This document shows positions 19,128-28,136 of a stretch of DNA of 64,000 nt, in pieces. A program made the translations under genes and the position numbers. Numbering within the stretch: position 1 is the stretch's first letter; each line of letters begins with the position of its first letter. A model generated the notes under the pieces. That model was given only the letters and a program-made list of their open reading frames with translations. It did no database searches and was not told the DNA's origin. The stretch is from an uncultured Acidobacteriota bacterium (GTDB lineage Bacteria; Acidobacteriota; UBA6911), in NCBI GenBank assembly GCA_963809485.1, contig CAWEJX010000016.1:87659-151658 (forward strand), written 5' to 3'.

Positions 19128-19830
19128 ATCTGAAATGCAGGACCGGATCCTTGATTTCCAGGATTCCCTTGATGTGGAAAGCTTCTCCCTTTTTCTTCCC
19201 GATGAGAGTTCCATAAAACGAATGGATGGTTTCCACGTGAGCCAGAAAGTCGGGCTGGCTCAGGGTTGTGGACGGCTCGCGGCTTGAAGGATCGAACAGC
19301 TGGGAACGATGCGCAGCGATGGCGGCAGTGCGCTGCTCGATGTGATCCGAAACATCGACAATAAAGCTGGGGATCGTGTGAGGGGGGACCTTGAAGTACA
19401 GGATGGCCCTGGGCCGATGGCGCTCCTGTCCCGTTTTGATCTTCGCCAGCCCGGAATGATGGACGGCCTCCGCAACCAGCCTGCTCGTGTGGGCATGATC
19501 CGGATGCCTGTCATCCCAATAATGCGTCAACACCAGGTGAGGCCGGTATTTTCTCAACAGCCGGATAACCTTAAGCCTTGCCTGGGGTGTCACGGAGACC
19601 TCGCCATCGGATAATCCGAGGTTTTCCCGCACTTTCACCCTGAGTATTTCCGCGGCCTTGGCCGCCTCCTGCCTGCGCAGCGCAGCCGTCCCCCGAGTGC
19701 CCAGTTCTCCGCGTGTCATGTCTACAATGCCGGTCGAGTAGCCGAGGGCGGCCATTTTGGCCATGGTTCCGCCGGCAAAAAGCTCCACATCGTCAGGGTG
19801 CGCTCCAAAAGCCAATACATCCAGTTGCAT
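19126..19830 (-). CDS. bshB1: Bacillithiol biosynthesis deacetylase BshB1 (PIG-L family)
   Basis: AHPDDVE, TRGELGTRG, RHPDH, AHRSQ; adjacent to a bshC-like gene. Confidence 0.9.
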   Translation of the reverse strand: MQLDVLAFGAHPDDVELFAGGTMAKMAALGYSTGIVDMTRGELGTRGTAALRRQEAAKAAEILRVKVRENLGLSDGEVSVTPQARLKVIRLLRKYRPHLVLTHYWDDRHPDHAHTSRLVAEAVHHSGLAKIKTGQERHRPRAILYFKVPPHTIPSFIVDVSDHIEQRTAAIAAHRSQLFDPSSREPSTTLSQPDFLAHVETIHSFYGTLIGKKKGEAFHIKGILEIKDPVLHFR

Positions 19831-19833
19831 ATG

Positions 19834-21267
19834 TCAGTCCATGGGAATGAGCTGATGCTCAAATTTCAAAATATCCAGTTTGTCATAAAAAAGCTGAAGC
19901 ACCGGCATGGAATATCGCAGGAGAAATTGAATGCCCGCCAGCCCCTGTTCCTGAGTGCACCCGTCAGGTGCAAGAAAGTTGCGGGCTTTTCGTGTCTGGC
20001 GGACTGCCGCCTGCTGTTTTATTTCGCCGGCAGATTCATAGCGTTTCCCCAGCTTCTCGATCTGATAAACGATTTTTTTTCTGCAGGAATCTCTTGTCTT
20101 TGTAATTTTATCCCCGTCAGAGATCGGCAGTCCGGACAGTCTCCGGTCGGCTTCCACTGCAAGGTCTCGCAGCCTTTCATGCGCCGAATGGAGCGTTGAA
20201 TGCCTGGCTTTTTCCATGAGGCCCGATTCGCCCGAGAAAAGCTCCTCGATCCCGATGCGGTACCTGTCAAGCGTCCTCCGGCTCCTCGAATCCATGACCG
20301 TGACGCCCGGATAGGGCCATGCCGCCGGACGGGAGACGCCCATTTCATCAAACACCGGAAGTGCCCTGAGAAAGTCGCGGAAATCGAGAGGCCCCACCAC
20401 CGAAGCGAATGCTGGAAAAATACAGCCCTGCAGCACAATTTCGGGGCAGACGGTCTCAGGAGGCGGTTCCGGATAGCCTGCCTGATTCAGGCGTGCATTC
20501 TGCTCCTCGAGCAGAATGCCTATTCGCTCCGCCCGAACGCCAGAAACTGTCTGCGTTTCCTCTATCAGCGGCTTGCATTCCGGAGACTGCGGGTTCACAA
20601 CGATCATTCCCCAATCTTCCATGAGCGCCGAAAATAGATGCGCCGTCGCAGCTCGCAGATTCGAGCAATTACAGGCGGCCCGGAGCATTTCCATAATCCC
20701 GGCGTCATACATTCCCTGCCCGATTTCCTCAATTTTGGCGAGCAGGTCCAAGATCTGCCCGGACGGCGATGCGGGATCTGATGGGGCCATCTCTTCAGGT
20801 TGAAGCCGGAGCGTGCAAGGCTCTCCTTGATAATCCAGAAGACTCAGAGCCCATCGAGAGGGATCGCCTGCAGGCGCAGAGCTGATCCAGCACACGGGCA
20901 CGGCGGCAATTCCATTCATCCCCAGTTCCCGGCATACCTTGACTGCAACCAGGCACTTCAAAATTTGAACGGCGGGTCCCCCGAACAGGCTTTCGCGGAT
21001 TGTTGCAATGACCGCGACAGCGCCTTGCCGGCGGAGTCTGTCGAGGCTCTCCAGCGTGCGCCCGGAATCCGGTGCCGATCGATTATCGGAGAACTGGGAC
21101 AGGGATTGGGTTCGAAATCCTTGATTTTGGGTGTCCGCCGGCCGCCTCCTGAGCACCGACAGGTCCTGCGTAGCCGGGGGCAGGAATCGTTCAGGAAGCG
21201 ACCCTGAGGCATAATCGGACCAGATTCTGGGGATTCCCGGCAGTTTATCGTACCTCAAAGTATCCAT
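19834..21267 (-). CDS. bshC: BshC-like protein (divergent)
   Basis: LFGGP...LK, VPVCWI, C-terminal coiled coil and LAPDG..QE; many conserved motifs altered. Confidence 0.7.
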   Translation of the reverse strand: MDTLRYDKLPGIPRIWSDYASGSLPERFLPPATQDLSVLRRRPADTQNQGFRTQSLSQFSDNRSAPDSGRTLESLDRLRRQGAVAVIATIRESLFGGPAVQILKCLVAVKVCRELGMNGIAAVPVCWISSAPAGDPSRWALSLLDYQGEPCTLRLQPEEMAPSDPASPSGQILDLLAKIEEIGQGMYDAGIMEMLRAACNCSNLRAATAHLFSALMEDWGMIVVNPQSPECKPLIEETQTVSGVRAERIGILLEEQNARLNQAGYPEPPPETVCPEIVLQGCIFPAFASVVGPLDFRDFLRALPVFDEMGVSRPAAWPYPGVTVMDSRSRRTLDRYRIGIEELFSGESGLMEKARHSTLHSAHERLRDLAVEADRRLSGLPISDGDKITKTRDSCRKKIVYQIEKLGKRYESAGEIKQQAAVRQTRKARNFLAPDGCTQEQGLAGIQFLLRYSMPVLQLFYDKLDILKFEHQLIPMD

Positions 21268-21271
21268 TCGG

Positions 21272-21778
21272 TTATTTCTTTTTAAGGCTTCCCGGTCCGG
21301 ACTTCCGGGCTACCGGTTGCCTGTATAGGGGCTCAGTCACGCGCAAAAGCCGCAGATCGTCCCCGGCATCCTCAATCTCAATTTCAGTGGCCTGATCGAG
21401 AGGGGTACTCAGTTTTTCACTCCACTCTATGACTGTTATCCCATCCTTGCCCAGAAAATCATCAAGACCGATCGAGTACAGGTCCCTTTGTCCTTCGAGC
21501 CTGTAAAGGTCGACGTGATAAATAGGGCAAATGCCATGGTAAATATTCACCAGCGTGAATGAAGGGCTGTTGACCAGACTCGAGTCGTCGATCCCCAATC
21601 CCTGGGCAATCCCGCAGGTCAATGTTGTCTTGCCGGCACCCAGAGATCCCCTCAGCAAAATCACGCCGGGAATCTGAATGGATCGCGCAATCATTGCGCC
21701 GAATCTCTTCGTCTCTTCGGGAGACCTGCTTCTAAAAAATGAAGTTTTCGGATTCTGCCCGGTTTTGCGCGCTTTCAT
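21272..21778 (-). CDS. tsaE: tRNA threonylcarbamoyladenosine biosynthesis ATPase
   Basis: GSLGAGKTT, SPSFTL, HVDLYRL, IEW. Confidence 0.96.
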   Translation of the reverse strand: MKARKTGQNPKTSFFRSRSPEETKRFGAMIARSIQIPGVILLRGSLGAGKTTLTCGIAQGLGIDDSSLVNSPSFTLVNIYHGICPIYHVDLYRLEGQRDLYSIGLDDFLGKDGITVIEWSEKLSTPLDQATEIEIEDAGDDLRLLRVTEPLYRQPVARKSGPGSLKKK

Positions 21779-23364
21779 GAATTCGTTAAGCTTTTAAACG
21801 CCGTTGGAAGATATTTGAGAATATCGGTCGCGATCAAAGACTCCATGCCTTCTTCCTTTGCAGCCAGATCTCCAGCCAAGCCGTGCAAATAAACGGCTGC
21901 AGAAAGATAATCGCACAGATTCGGCGGATTCTCGCTGTTCCTCTGACGGTTCCAGTATCCGACAAATCTGCCCACCATGCCCGCCAGGATATCTCCCGTT
22001 CCGCCCGTCGCCATTCCGGGATTGCCAGTGCAGTTGATGTAAAGATCACCGTTCGGCGCGGCGATGACGGTTTGAAATCCCTTCAGGATGACAAAGCAGC
22101 GGTGTCTGGCCGCGCAATCGCGCGCCGTTTCCAGGCGGTTCCGCTGAACCTCCGGTATCCGCTTGCCCAGCAGACGCGCCATTTCACCTGGATGAGGCGT
22201 AATAATCACAGGCTGGTCTTCCTCATTGCGGAGGGGTTCTGCCGGCGGCACGAAGGCGTTGATGCCGTCGGCATCCAAAACAAGCGGAACTCGAGAGTTT
22301 CGGACAAGCTCCCAAACCAGCTTTCTGGTCGATGGTTGCGTCGTGATTCCCGGGCCAAGGACCAGGACATCCGCCTTGCCTAGGTGTTCGAGCACCTTTC
22401 CGGCTCCTGATCGGTCGGAAGTCTCTTCTTCGGTTTCGGGCAGAAATTCGGTCATCAGCTCCGGATATTTGCCGGCGACATCCCTCCGAACGCTCTTGGG
22501 CAGCCAGAGCGTGACCAACCCTGCGCCTGAACGGAGAGCGGCCAGGCCCGTCATCAGGGCGGCACCGCTTTTCCCTCTGGATCCGGCGACGACATACACA
22601 TGGCCGAAGGTGCCTTTATGGCTGTCCCGCGCTCTCAGGGGCAATACCTTTTGAATCTGGTTCAGGTCGATCAGGTTCAGCCGGTATTCCGTATTATTAT
22701 AAAGTGCAGGCGGCGAACCGATCGGTACTAGCACAACCTTTCCCGAATAGTCGGAAGCAGGCGGGACTACATGGGCGAGCTTCAAAGCGGAAAAAGTCAC
22801 CGTGAGGTGGGATTTGACGGCCGGGCCTGGAATTGCGGGTGAATCCGCAAAAAGGCCTGAAGGTATATCGACGGAAGCCACAAATGCCCGCTGAGCAGTA
22901 CGGTTGACCCAATCGACGATGGGGCGGAAATCGGGCCCAATCGGTTTTGACAGTCCTGTTCCGAAAAGAGCGTCGACGATGATATCAGGGGGCGGCTGTT
23001 TTTTCAGGTATGGCTTGGCATCGGCCGGAGTGGGCAAAATTTGCATTTGAAGCCCCATGGCACGCACAATTTCCCAATTGCTCAGGGCATCCCCCTTGAG
23101 AGTTCCGGGGTCGGCGAACAGAATGACCGATGGGTTAGCGCCGCGCAGGGAGAGATAGCGGGCTGTTACAAATCCGTCTCCTCCGTTGTTTCCCCTTCCG
23201 CAAAGTATCAGAATTTGCTTGCCTTCGAGTCCCGGACAAGCCTTTTCGAGCTCGTCTGCAACCGAGCGGCCTGCATTTTCCATTAATATGATGGATGGCA
23301 CGAGATACCGCTCTGATGTCAGCCTGTCCACCTCAGCCATTTGCAGTGCCGTCAGTATCTTCAT
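21775..23364 (-). CDS. nnr: Bifunctional NAD(P)HX epimerase/dehydratase
   Basis: LMENAG, GNNGGDG, DALFGTG, HKGTFG, TPHPGEM, GGTGD. Confidence 0.96.
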   Translation of the reverse strand: MKILTALQMAEVDRLTSERYLVPSIILMENAGRSVADELEKACPGLEGKQILILCGRGNNGGDGFVTARYLSLRGANPSVILFADPGTLKGDALSNWEIVRAMGLQMQILPTPADAKPYLKKQPPPDIIVDALFGTGLSKPIGPDFRPIVDWVNRTAQRAFVASVDIPSGLFADSPAIPGPAVKSHLTVTFSALKLAHVVPPASDYSGKVVLVPIGSPPALYNNTEYRLNLIDLNQIQKVLPLRARDSHKGTFGHVYVVAGSRGKSGAALMTGLAALRSGAGLVTLWLPKSVRRDVAGKYPELMTEFLPETEEETSDRSGAGKVLEHLGKADVLVLGPGITTQPSTRKLVWELVRNSRVPLVLDADGINAFVPPAEPLRNEEDQPVIITPHPGEMARLLGKRIPEVQRNRLETARDCAARHRCFVILKGFQTVIAAPNGDLYINCTGNPGMATGGTGDILAGMVGRFVGYWNRQRNSENPPNLCDYLSAAVYLHGLAGDLAAKEEGMESLIATDILKYLPTAFKSLTNS

Positions 23365-23374
23365 CACAATCTCC

Positions 23375-23548
23375 TTAGGGATTAGGGATTAGGGATTAGG
23401 GATTAGGGATTAGGGATTAGGGATTAGGAAACCTCATGCAGTTTTTTTATTCGGCACTTTAGCCGTGTTGTGGCCATTCATTCACTGCCTGTTCCCCAAT
23501 CTCAAATCCCTAATCCCTAATAACTACTCCCTAATAACTAATAACTAA
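23375..23548. repeat. (TTAGGGA)8 array with a degenerate inverted (TCCCTAA)8 arm
   Basis: 7 perfect plus 1 imperfect units at 23375-23430; tccccaa tctcaaa tccctaa tccctaa taactac tccctaa taactaa taactaa at 23493-23548. Confidence 0.92.
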
Positions 23549-23554
23549 CGCTAT

Positions 23555-23583
23555 TTGACTCTCCTTCAGGATGATCCTACAAT
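23555..23583 (+). promoter_or_regulatory. Sigma70-type promoter for the M48 peptidase gene
   Basis: TTGACT-17 nt-TACAAT. Confidence 0.65.
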
Positions 23584-23717
23584 CATATTGAAACATCCGG
23601 AAGCCCGGGACGTCTAAATATTAGTAAACGTTGGTGGCAAGGCCAACAGGTTTCGCGCTGATTTTGGGCGAAAGGGGCTTTGCCGGAGATGACAATCGCT
23701 CCCAGGGGGAGGGTCCT

Positions 23718-24764
23718 ATGAAGCGACTGTATATGAGAGTACTGACAGCCGGGCTGGCGATGATCCTGATATCGTCAGGGGTTTACGCCGACAGGAAGCA
23801 TGGCGATGTCGAGAATATAGGCAATCGCAATGTCAGCGGGCGCATTTTCGGAATTTTGCCGAACTTTGTATCCATGGAAAAGGAGGTCGCCCTGGGTAGC
23901 CAGCTTGCATCGGAGTTTGAACAAACGGCCCGTTTGGTCGAGGATCCTGTCGTCAACGAGTTCGTAGACCGAGTTGGCCAGAACATTGTCAAACACTCCG
24001 ATGCCAAACTCCCTTTCCATATAAAAGTAGTGGATACGGACGAGGTTAATGCGTTCGCCTTCCCAGGCGGCTATTTTTACGTCAACAAAGGACTCATACT
24101 GGCGGCGGAAAATGAAGCGGAACTGGCCGGGGTCATGGCACATGAAATTTCGCACGTCATCGCGCGCCACGCAACGGAGCGCATGTCGAAGGGGCAATAC
24201 CTTCAGTTGGCCTCTATTCCCGCTCTTTTCGTCGGCGGTTACTGGGCTCAGATGGGCATCCAGCAAGCGTTGGGCCTGGGCCTTAATCTAGAGATGATGG
24301 GAATCACGCGGGAATCCGAAAGCGAAGCCGATCAACTTGGCATTCAATACATGTGGAACTCGGGCTATGACCCGAATTCGTTCGTTTCGTTTTTTGAAAA
24401 AATGCAGCAGGACGAAAAGAGCAAGCCGGGACGGCTGGCCGGCTGGTTCCGGACCCATCCCTCCACAGACGATCGCATCGTGGCTTCATTGGACGAACAA
24501 AGATACCTGCCTGAAAAGGACAACTACATCATCAATACTTCGGAATTCGACCGCGTGAAGGCGCGCCTGCTGGCCATCGACAATGCCCAGAAATCGGAGG
24601 AAGCATCCGGCACCCAGGAACAGAAAAGACCGACTCTGAAGCGCCGGACGACCGACGACGGCGGACAGGCGCCCGAAGGCACTGATGACGACGGCCAGCC
24701 GAAGAAAACCAGGCCAACCCTGAAGCGTCCCACCGATCCCGAGCCGGAGCCGAACGATCAGTAG
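23718..24764 (+). CDS. M48-family metalloprotease (BepA-like), exported
   Basis: Signal peptide, VNAFAFPGG, HEISH, E..EAD, THP. Confidence 0.92.
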   Translation: MKRLYMRVLTAGLAMILISSGVYADRKHGDVENIGNRNVSGRIFGILPNFVSMEKEVALGSQLASEFEQTARLVEDPVVNEFVDRVGQNIVKHSDAKLPFHIKVVDTDEVNAFAFPGGYFYVNKGLILAAENEAELAGVMAHEISHVIARHATERMSKGQYLQLASIPALFVGGYWAQMGIQQALGLGLNLEMMGITRESESEADQLGIQYMWNSGYDPNSFVSFFEKMQQDEKSKPGRLAGWFRTHPSTDDRIVASLDEQRYLPEKDNYIINTSEFDRVKARLLAIDNAQKSEEASGTQEQKRPTLKRRTTDDGGQAPEGTDDDGQPKKTRPTLKRPTDPEPEPNDQ

Positions 24765-25046
24765 AGCCGAACCGCATTTTTTGAGCCCCGGAGATTTTCC
24801 GGGGCTTCCGGCCGAATTTCCACCCCTGATTTGGGTTGATTTGAGCAGGCCTCTCCGCTATCTATTGATTGCTTTGCCGCTATCAAGCCGATGGTGTTGT
24901 CTGCGCAAGACTGTGCGCAGGCCGGAGAATTGATGGATTGCCCGAAACTGTTCACAATCGAAGCTTTTTGAAACAGTTTTCTTCCGCACATCGTATTGAT
25001 AGGTGATACGCAGGTTTGGCTGTTATCAATATTAAGGAGTCTTGGT

Positions 25047-26795
25047 ATGAGAGAACGTTTGCTTTGGCCTCGGTGGATTTTTTCGGCTTTCGGAATTTTC
25101 AGCCTGGTGTTCGCATTGACCGCAATTTCATCGCCCTTTATCCACGCACAGCAGGCTGCTCCGGCGAGCGAACAGACGGCGGCGCAGCCGTCTTCCGCAG
25201 CGGATTTGCCGCCCCTGCCGATGAGTCCTACAGAGAAGGCCGAGAAGGACGGAACAGCGCTACGGCTTTCCTTGAAAGACATCACGAAACTGGCGCTGCA
25301 GTCCAATCTCGACATTGCAATCCAGGACACGAACGAGCAGCTGTATCAGCAAAAGATCTTCCAGGTCTACGGCGACTACGATCCAAAACTGACGGGCCAA
25401 CTGGGAGTGAACCTGCGAAGGACAGCCAACACGAACCTGGCCAGTCAATCCACTTCATCCTACAGCTCCAACGACACTGCGCTCTGGAATTTCGAGTTTT
25501 CTCAACCTCTCAAAACGGGCGGGACCATCAAGCTAGGCTGGAATTCCCAGCGGTTGAACAGCAATACAACATTCTCGCTGTTTAATCCGCAGTACCAGGT
25601 GGGTGGAACCTTGACTTTCACTCAGCCGTTGTGGCGCAACCGAAGCATCGATTCGACCCGCTCCAATATCAAGCTCTACAACCTGGATCTGAAAAACTCC
25701 GACAGCCAATTCAAGCAGAAGGTAACCGAGACTATTTCGAGCATTCAGTCCCAATACTGGGACCTGGTCGCGGCCATCCGCAACTACCAGATCAAGCGGG
25801 ATTCCGTAAGGCTGGCCCAGATTACCCTCAGGGATAACAAAAAGAAGGTTGAAGTCGGCACGCTGGCGCCGATAGAGGTCACGGATGCCCAGGCCAACGT
25901 GGCGCAGCGCGAGGTCGAGCTATGGTCGGCCGAAGAAATCATCCTCAGCCAGGAAAACAACTTGCGGGCATTGATTTCCAACGATCGCAAGGCCGATATC
26001 TGGAGCAGGGTTATAGTGCCGACAGACACTCCCGACTTCAAGGAATACAAGGTTGACCTGGAAACGGCGATAAATACCGCGCTGGCAAACAGGCCGGAGC
26101 TTGAGCAGTACGACATCAAATTAAACCAGCTGGATATCAATACCAGGCTATATGAGAACAATCGCAGGTGGCAAGTCGACCTTACGGCCGCACTTGGTAG
26201 CACTGGCAATGCGGGTCCCCAGTCGTGCCAAAAAAATGCCTACACCGGCGAGTGTCTAACGGATGACCAAGGAAATCCGATACAGGCAACTCCTCCAGCC
26301 CTGGTCGGGGGAATCGGTAATGCCTACAAAACTGTGTTTACCGAAGGTTTTTACAACTGGCAGGTTGCCGTTCAGCTAACCATCCCGCTTCGGAGCCGGA
26401 GTCTGGATGCGCAGATTGCGCAACAGAATATCCAAAAGCGGCAGCAGCTCATGCAGCGAAGGAACAGCGAGCAGTCCATTCAGGTAGATATACGCAACGC
26501 CGTCCAGAAACTCGAGACCACCCGCAAACAGGTGGAAACTGCCGGCGTGTCCCGCACATTTTCCAAAGAGCGGCTGGACGGAGAGACGAAGCGCTTTGAA
26601 GCAGGACTCAGCCAGAATTACCTGGTCCTGCAGAGGCAGAATGAGCTTTCCTCGGCCGAGTATACGGAACTGCAGGCCCTGATCAGTTACAGGAAGGCCA
26701 TCATCAACCTTCAGAAGGCCATGTACACACTTCTCGAATTGAACGAATTCGAGATTGCAAAAGGCAGCTCCAGCAAAGTCCCCGACCTGAGATAA
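25047..26795 (+). CDS. TolC-family outer membrane channel
   Basis: AAGGAG RBS, signal peptide, two OEP repeats (QPLWR, LTIPL, RFEAGLS). Confidence 0.88.
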   Translation: MRERLLWPRWIFSAFGIFSLVFALTAISSPFIHAQQAAPASEQTAAQPSSAADLPPLPMSPTEKAEKDGTALRLSLKDITKLALQSNLDIAIQDTNEQLYQQKIFQVYGDYDPKLTGQLGVNLRRTANTNLASQSTSSYSSNDTALWNFEFSQPLKTGGTIKLGWNSQRLNSNTTFSLFNPQYQVGGTLTFTQPLWRNRSIDSTRSNIKLYNLDLKNSDSQFKQKVTETISSIQSQYWDLVAAIRNYQIKRDSVRLAQITLRDNKKKVEVGTLAPIEVTDAQANVAQREVELWSAEEIILSQENNLRALISNDRKADIWSRVIVPTDTPDFKEYKVDLETAINTALANRPELEQYDIKLNQLDINTRLYENNRRWQVDLTAALGSTGNAGPQSCQKNAYTGECLTDDQGNPIQATPPALVGGIGNAYKTVFTEGFYNWQVAVQLTIPLRSRSLDAQIAQQNIQKRQQLMQRRNSEQSIQVDIRNAVQKLETTRKQVETAGVSRTFSKERLDGETKRFEAGLSQNYLVLQRQNELSSAEYTELQALISYRKAIINLQKAMYTLLELNEFEIAKGSSSKVPDLR

Positions 26796-26802
26796 GAATT
26801 AC

Positions 26803-26850
26803 CGATTGACGATTGAAATGCTTTTAGTCAGGCTTTTCAATCGTCAATCG
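26803..26850. repeat. Perfect 16-bp inverted repeat built from CGATTGA heptamers
   Basis: cgattgacgattgaaa ... tttcaatcgtcaatcg. Confidence 0.8.
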
Positions 26851-26905
26851 AAAATCTTTCATATTTCCTTCCGGAAATTTCCCGCTCTTCGTTTAAGATA
26901 ATGCC

Positions 26906-27742
26906 ATGCTTATAAATCCATGGGCATATGCGCTGTTCGGACTTGTGATCGGGAGTTTCCTCAATGTTTGCATCTGCCGGATCCCTTTGAGGCAATCGGT
27001 GGCGCTCCCGGGTTCGCACTGCCCCCATTGCGGAAAGCCGATAAAATATTACGATAATGTGCCTGTAGTTTCGTTCCTCCTGCTGCGGGGAAAGTGCCGT
27101 TCCTGCGGCGCGCGGATCTCGTTCCAGTATCCGCTGGTAGAACTGCTGACCGCCCTGGCCTTCCTGGCCTGTGCGCTGGAATGGAATTTTTCGCCGCCGA
27201 CGTTCGTAAACACCCTGCTGCTCTCCGTAGTGATAATTCTCATTTTCGTGGACTTCCATCACCGGATCCTTCCGAACATTTTGACTCTGCCCGGCGCGGC
27301 AGCCGGAATACTTCTGAGCCCTTTCCAGGCGCAGTATTTTTACGGCGACCTGCTATCGCTGAAAACGGCTTCGCTGATCTGGCCGGGAAATCCCGAACGG
27401 ATCCTTCCCTGGACGGGTTCGGTGCTGGGGGCGCTTGTCGGCGGCGGGTCCCTGCTGGTTGTGGCCTTTTTTTACGAGAAGGTCCGCAAGAAACAGGGAC
27501 TGGGGATGGGGGATGTCAAGATGATGGCAATGGTGGGCGCCTTCCTCGGCTGGGGTTTCGCCCTGCTGACGATTTTTGTCGGGTCCTTGCTGGGAAGCCT
27601 GGTCGGGATTTTCCTCATGCTCTTCCGCAAAATGTCCCTTCAAACCAAGCTTGCCTTCGGCGTTTTTCTCGGCATCGGCACTGCATTCTGCCTCTTTTAC
27701 GGCCTGCCGGTTCTCCAATGGTGGCTGAGCCCCACCCGATAA
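26906..27742 (+). CDS. pilD: Prepilin peptidase (A24)
   Basis: GSFLNVCI, SHCPHC, GKCRSC, YPLVEL, GMGDVK. Confidence 0.95.
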   Translation: MLINPWAYALFGLVIGSFLNVCICRIPLRQSVALPGSHCPHCGKPIKYYDNVPVVSFLLLRGKCRSCGARISFQYPLVELLTALAFLACALEWNFSPPTFVNTLLLSVVIILIFVDFHHRILPNILTLPGAAAGILLSPFQAQYFYGDLLSLKTASLIWPGNPERILPWTGSVLGALVGGGSLLVVAFFYEKVRKKQGLGMGDVKMMAMVGAFLGWGFALLTIFVGSLLGSLVGIFLMLFRKMSLQTKLAFGVFLGIGTAFCLFYGLPVLQWWLSPTR

Positions 27743-27802
27743 AAACCCACTGCGAATTCCAGGAATCCGGCCCGGTTGGCTCCCGGGACTGGCGGCGTTG
27801 TA

Positions 27803-27943
27803 TCAGTCGGATGAAGGCAGCGGCCTCGGCTCCTGCACTTTCATCTCTTTTTCACAACAAACGAAAACGCCCTCACCGGCCTTGGTGCACAGGACCTCTG
27901 TGCCGCAAATTTCGCACTTATATCTCTTTCCAAGCTGACTCAT
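27803..27943 (-). CDS. 46-aa desulforedoxin-like metal-ribbon miniprotein with C-terminal PLPSSD tail (absent from ORF track)
   Basis: Hand translation MSQLGKRYKCEICGTEVLCTKAGEGVFVCCEKEMKVQEPRPLPSSD*; GGAAGGTGG upstream; CxxC...CC. Confidence 0.85.
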   Translation of the reverse strand: MSQLGKRYKCEICGTEVLCTKAGEGVFVCCEKEMKVQEPRPLPSSD

Positions 27944-27965
27944 AGCGTTCCACCTTCCGAAAAAG

Positions 27966-28085
27966 CTATTTTTTCAGTTCCATCGGCTGGCCGCAGCAGT
28001 GAACCGTTCCGTTTCCGGCACGGGTAACTATCACTTCGGCCCCGCACTTCGTGCATTTGTACCGCTTGCCTACCTGGTTCGCCAT
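27966..28085 (-). CDS. 39-aa desulforedoxin-like metal-ribbon miniprotein (absent from ORF track)
   Basis: Hand translation MANQVGKRYKCTKCGAEVIVTRAGNGTVHCCGQPMELKK*; GAGGA RBS. Confidence 0.88.
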   Translation of the reverse strand: MANQVGKRYKCTKCGAEVIVTRAGNGTVHCCGQPMELKK

Positions 28086-28136
28086 CTGTAATTCCTCTTT
28101 CTGATAATCGGGTGATTGCGCCGATCCACAACTATC

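Noticed and set aside
23375-23430. Eukaryotic telomere contamination or contig end
   Set aside because: The unit is a 7-mer, internal, has a mirror arm and is flanked by intact bacterial genes.
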